Shown here in pieces: positions 51,340 through 54,950 of a stretch of DNA of 54,950 bases; position 1 is the first letter of the stretch; every line of letters begins with the position of its first letter. The stretch comes from Candidatus Woesearchaeota archaeon (GTDB lineage: Archaea; Nanobdellota; Nanobdellia; Pacearchaeales; GW2011-AR1). The DNA lies in contig CAZBPV010000001.1 in assembly GCA_964493885.1 (NCBI GenBank), positions 1 through 54,950 of the forward strand, read 5' to 3'. A program made the position numbers and the translations under genes. A model generated the notes under the pieces. That model saw only the letters and a list, made by a program, of their open reading frames with translations. It was not told the DNA's origin and did not search any database.

Positions 51340-52098
51340 ATGAATTTTTTAAAATATCTCACATTATTAACATTATTAATTGGTGGAGGCTGCGATGTTA
51401 TCCAGAAAGGAAGAGTAAATGAATATAGAATTAATAGAACTCAAGAGGAGCTTTCTGATGCAAAGAATGACACTTCAAGAATTTTTACTTATTTTGAAAA
51501 AAGGAGCGATAAGATAGAGGAAAGAAATAGAGATGAACAAGAAAGAACTTTTCAATATAGAGAAAGCACAGAAAGAAGATTCCAAAATCTTTCTAATTTT
51601 TTAAAAGAATTAGATTCTGCAATGGTTTTTGGTTTTAAATACATGGATTTTCAGATAGAAACTTTACAAAAAAATCAACTAGATGAAGGTAGAAGAATAA
51701 AAAATTTAGGTTCAAGTCTCCTTGATTTAGATGAAAAAGATTCTCTCTTAGAAAAGAATATATCTGAGTTATCAAAAGATTATATAGTCCTTTCAATAGA
51801 TTACCAAAACTTAATAAGATTAACAGATTCATTAATTGAAGAGCAGAGTAAATTAAAAGGAACTTTAATTCAAGAAGAAAAAAGCAGGAAAGAAATTGAA
51901 TTAAAATATAAGGAATTATTAAATTCTTTTTTAAATTATCAAGAAGATATTGAGGATAGAATTCAAGAAATAGAAAATAAGGTTGCAATTCAAGAAGAAG
52001 AAGATATTGATAAAAAAATTCAAGAAATAGAAGACAGGATTGAAATTCAAGAAGAAGGGTTCAATAAAGAAATGCCTCTTAAAATAGGATTCTTTTAA
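51340..52098 (+). CDS. Secreted/lipoprotein-like coiled-coil protein
   Basis: Signal-like LTLLTLLIGGGC, then heptad-rich sequence with C-terminal IQEIE..IQEE repeats. Confidence 0.45.
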   Translation: MNFLKYLTLLTLLIGGGCDVIQKGRVNEYRINRTQEELSDAKNDTSRIFTYFEKRSDKIEERNRDEQERTFQYRESTERRFQNLSNFLKELDSAMVFGFKYMDFQIETLQKNQLDEGRRIKNLGSSLLDLDEKDSLLEKNISELSKDYIVLSIDYQNLIRLTDSLIEEQSKLKGTLIQEEKSRKEIELKYKELLNSFLNYQEDIEDRIQEIENKVAIQEEEDIDKKIQEIEDRIEIQEEGFNKEMPLKIGFF

Positions 52099-53702
52099 AA
52101 ATCAGTATTTCCTGGATTTCCTTGGAAATTCATGCCTTTCTTTTTTCCTGATGCAGCTATAACATCATCAATTCTTAAAATCATTATTGCAACTTCAGAT
52201 GCAGAATTAATTGCCTGGCTTTTTATCTTGTATGGCTCAATTATCCTAGCTTCAAGGGCATTCTCAATCTTATTTGTCAGCAAATTTAATCCAGCATTTT
52301 TCTCCCCTGAATCATGCCTAGCTTTTAATTCAGTAAGAATATCAATTGGATCCATTCCTGCATTTTCTGCAAGCGTAGCAGGAATAAATTCTAGTGCACA
52401 GGCAAATTCTTCAACAGCAAGCTGCTCTCTTCCATTTAATCCTTGTGAAAATTCTCTTAGTCTTTTTGCAAGTTCAATTTCAACAGCTCCTCCCCCAACA
52501 ACAACCATGCCTGTTTTAAGAGCAGATATAATATCACCTAACCCATCTCTAATTGCTCTCTCAATTTCATCAATTACATGACTGCTTCCTCCATGAATAA
52601 GTATTGTCAGTGCCCTAGGATTTTTGCACCCTTTTATATAAGTCATAACATCATCGCCATGCCTGATTTCTTCTACTACTTTCGCATCCCCTAATTCAAA
52701 TGCATCAAGCTCATTTAGATTGCTTACAATCTTCCCATTCGTTGCTTTGGCAATCTTTTCCATATCACCTTTTCCAACTCTCCTGCAGACATATATGCCA
52801 TCCTTAGCAAATAAATACTGGGCAAAATCATCAACCCCTTTCTGGCAAAAAACTACATTTGCTCCGCTTGCTTTTACTTTCTCAACCATTCTATTTATTG
52901 TCTTTTCCTCATCTTCAAGAAAATTTTGCAATTGTTCTGGAGAAGATATTGAAATCCTTGTGTTTATCTCAGGATTCTTTACTTCAATTGGAAAATCAAT
53001 TAATGCAATCTTTGCATCTTCAACTTTTGGAGGCATCTCATTTGAAACTTTTTCCTTGTCTATTATTATCCCTGAAATAAGTTCAGTGTCTTCTACACCA
53101 TCTCCTTTTATTTTTTCAATTTTTATGTCATTAATGTCTATTTTATTATTTCTTTCAACTTGTTTAACAGCATTTACAAGTATGCTCGAGAGTTTTTCTT
53201 TTGCCCCCTCTGCACTTTTCCCAGTCATAGCAGTCATTGCAATCTGTCTTAAAACAGATTCATCATTAGGAGTTATTCTAAGTGAGATTTCCTTAAGTAT
53301 TTCTTGTGCTTTTTCAGCAGCTAATCTGTATCCTTTAGTAATAACTGTAGGATGAATTTTTTTATCAAGAAGTCTTTCAGCATTTTCAAGAAGTTTTCCA
53401 GCAATCATAACTGCTGTTGTTGTTCCATCCCCAACTTCTGATTCTTGAGTCTTTGCAATCTCCACCATCATTTTTGCTGCAGGATGCTCTATTTGCATTT
53501 CATTAAGAATAGTCACGCCATCATTTGTAATTATAATATCATCAGTAGGAGAAACCAGCATTTTGTCCATTCCTTTTGGCCCAAGTGTTGTTTTAATCAT
53601 GTCAGCAACCATCTTAGCAGCCATAATATTATTTCTTTGTGCGTCTTTTCCAATCATTCTTTGTATATCTTCAGGCATTAGAACTAAAGGTTTATCAGAC
53701 AT
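52095..53702 (-). CDS. ths: Thermosome subunit (group II chaperonin)
   Basis: [27 protein letters not shown]. The likely start is MSDKPLV at 53702; the ORF track opens at 53723. Confidence 0.9.
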   Translation of the reverse strand: MSDKPLVLMPEDIQRMIGKDAQRNNIMAAKMVADMIKTTLGPKGMDKMLVSPTDDIIITNDGVTILNEMQIEHPAAKMMVEIAKTQESEVGDGTTTAVMIAGKLLENAERLLDKKIHPTVITKGYRLAAEKAQEILKEISLRITPNDESVLRQIAMTAMTGKSAEGAKEKLSSILVNAVKQVERNNKIDINDIKIEKIKGDGVEDTELISGIIIDKEKVSNEMPPKVEDAKIALIDFPIEVKNPEINTRISISSPEQLQNFLEDEEKTINRMVEKVKASGANVVFCQKGVDDFAQYLFAKDGIYVCRRVGKGDMEKIAKATNGKIVSNLNELDAFELGDAKVVEEIRHGDDVMTYIKGCKNPRALTILIHGGSSHVIDEIERAIRDGLGDIISALKTGMVVVGGGAVEIELAKRLREFSQGLNGREQLAVEEFACALEFIPATLAENAGMDPIDILTELKARHDSGEKNAGLNLLTNKIENALEARIIEPYKIKSQAINSASEVAIMILRIDDVIAASGKKKGMNFQGNPGNTDF

Positions 53703-53802
53703 ATAGAAAAAATCCCAAAACACTTATTTAAACATTATTATAATGAAATGTAACCTTCAATTTTTAAAAAATATTTATAAGCATTAACTATCTAAATTGT
53801 CT

Positions 53803-54363
53803 ATGAAACATATTAATCACATTCTTGTTGCAGATTTAATGACACGAGAGCCCCTCTCTATAAAACCTGAAACAAATCTTCTTGATTGTGCAAAAATTAT
53901 GGTTAAGAAAAAAACAGGAAGCCTTCTTCTTGTTTTAGGAAAGAGGCTTATTGGAATAATATCACTAAGAGATATTCTATGGGCACTAGTTAAAAAATCA
54001 AAAGAAGATTTATCTAAGATAAAGGCAGTAGATATCTCCCCAAGGAAAATAGCAACAATCTCTCCATTAAGAACTATTGGAGATGCTTTAAAGAAAATGA
54101 AGAATCTAAAGTTTGAGAGACTGCCAGTTATTCAAAATAATGAACTTGTTGGAATCCTGACAATAAAGGATATTCTTAATTTCCACCCTGAAATTTACCC
54201 TGAATTAGATGAATACTCTGAGATACGAGAAGAAGAGGAAAAACTTAATAGAATAAGAAAAAAAGGAATAGTAGATGGAATTTGTGAAAGATGCGGAACA
54301 CGGGATATGCTTGTAAAATTCAATGGCATGAGAATCTGTGTCTCCTGCAGGGACTCTCTCTAA
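53803..54363 (+). CDS. CBS-domain pair protein with C-terminal zinc ribbon
   Basis: Two CBS-like units (VADLMTREP...; VGILTIKDIL) and CERCG...CVSC. The ATG at 53803 lies within an ORF that opens at a TTG at 53797. Confidence 0.65.
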   Translation: MKHINHILVADLMTREPLSIKPETNLLDCAKIMVKKKTGSLLLVLGKRLIGIISLRDILWALVKKSKEDLSKIKAVDISPRKIATISPLRTIGDALKKMKNLKFERLPVIQNNELVGILTIKDILNFHPEIYPELDEYSEIREEEEKLNRIRKKGIVDGICERCGTRDMLVKFNGMRICVSCRDSL

Positions 54364-54406
54364 GAAAACTATTTAAATAAACTTTATTTATTGTATTTAT
54401 AAAAAG

Positions 54407-54910
54407 ATGGCAGAAAAAGACGAAATATTCTCAAGCAAGGTAAAGTATACAGGAATTCTCGATTTCCCTGATTTTTATAGATTTTGTTATGACTGGCTTA
54501 CTGGAGAGACAGGTATGACTATGGTAGAAGAGCAGTATGTTGAAAAATTAGCAGGAGATTCAAAAAATATTGATATTATCTGGACTGGTTCAAGGAAAGT
54601 CACAGATTACTTTAAATTTGAGATTAAAGTAACATATAGAATAATTGGATTAACTAAGGTTGAAATTTCAAGGGATAATATTAAAGTTAAGACAAATAAA
54701 GGAAATGTAGAGGTTAAGCTTGCAGGAACTCTTGTAAGAGACTATGGTGGAAAATTTGAAGGAAGTGCAATAAACAAATTCTTAAGAAGCATATATGAGA
54801 AATGGGTTATTCCTTCAAGATTAGAGGATTATGAAGACAAGCTTGCAGGAGACTGTGATGAATTTCTAGCGCAAGTAAAGGCATATCTAGATTTAGAAGG
54901 AAAGAAGTAA
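54407..54910 (+). CDS. Hypothetical protein
   Basis: 167-aa ORF. No motif recognised. Confidence 0.45.
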   Translation: MAEKDEIFSSKVKYTGILDFPDFYRFCYDWLTGETGMTMVEEQYVEKLAGDSKNIDIIWTGSRKVTDYFKFEIKVTYRIIGLTKVEISRDNIKVKTNKGNVEVKLAGTLVRDYGGKFEGSAINKFLRSIYEKWVIPSRLEDYEDKLAGDCDEFLAQVKAYLDLEGKK

Positions 54911-54950
54911 AACCGAGTATAGAAATCCTTAAATACATATTTTTTTATAA

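Noticed and set aside
52132-53681. Several 70-210-aa plus-strand ORFs inside the thermosome gene. Similar antisense ORFs occur inside hisS, gltX, the R-M gene, the 591-aa NTase gene and others.
   Set aside because: They are antisense to genes with unmistakable motifs, their translations are low-complexity and Ser/Leu/Phe-rich, and they lack start context. These are typical shadow ORFs of AT-rich DNA.

Overview
Visibly AT-rich archaeal DNA. Archaeal markers: rpoE'-spt4-rps24e-rps27ae cluster, thermosome, L10e/L35Ae, a Dph6-like ligase, a tRNA with a bulge-helix-bulge-type intron, and TATA-box promoters in front of leaderless genes. Small, tightly packed, often overlapping genes suggest a reduced DPANN-like genome, but that is inference. 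All function calls come from motifs read by eye; no database search was run.

Core housekeeping blocks lie at 1-7.6 kb, 16.1-41.1 kb and 52-55 kb. Two accessory regions interrupt them.

(1) Island at 7.68-16.04 kb, next to tRNA-His/hisS. It is bounded by 16-20 bp terminal inverted repeats and a flanking 14/16 bp direct repeat. It carries:
- a four-gene overlapping operon (RHH, Panacea/YwgA-like, PIN-like, unknown 358 aa);
- an AbrB-like mini-ORF;
- a SWIM+DDE transposase;
- a BcgI-like (type IIB) restriction-modification pair;
- a two-nuclease module.

(2) Region at 41.1-50.2 kb. Short accessory cassettes (MazEF, HNH pair, unknowns, NTase-kinase, phosphatase, MFS, Zn-ribbon, metallopeptidase, radical SAM) are separated by co-oriented, GC-richer structured repeats. 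The repeats have RYYYAAC-like tails, including exact GCCTAAC/GTTAGGC. Many cassettes are bracketed by their own short inverted repeats. This looks like an integron-like or novel cassette platform with no recombinase in the window, and it is my best candidate for an undescribed system.

Other notable points:
- the tRNA-His 3' end is present three times inside the hisS leader, with hairpins covering the hisS Shine-Dalgarno;
- the GluRS lacks its anticodon-binding domain;
- a PAP2 gene is frameshifted;
- the radical-SAM gene 3' end is duplicated in frame.
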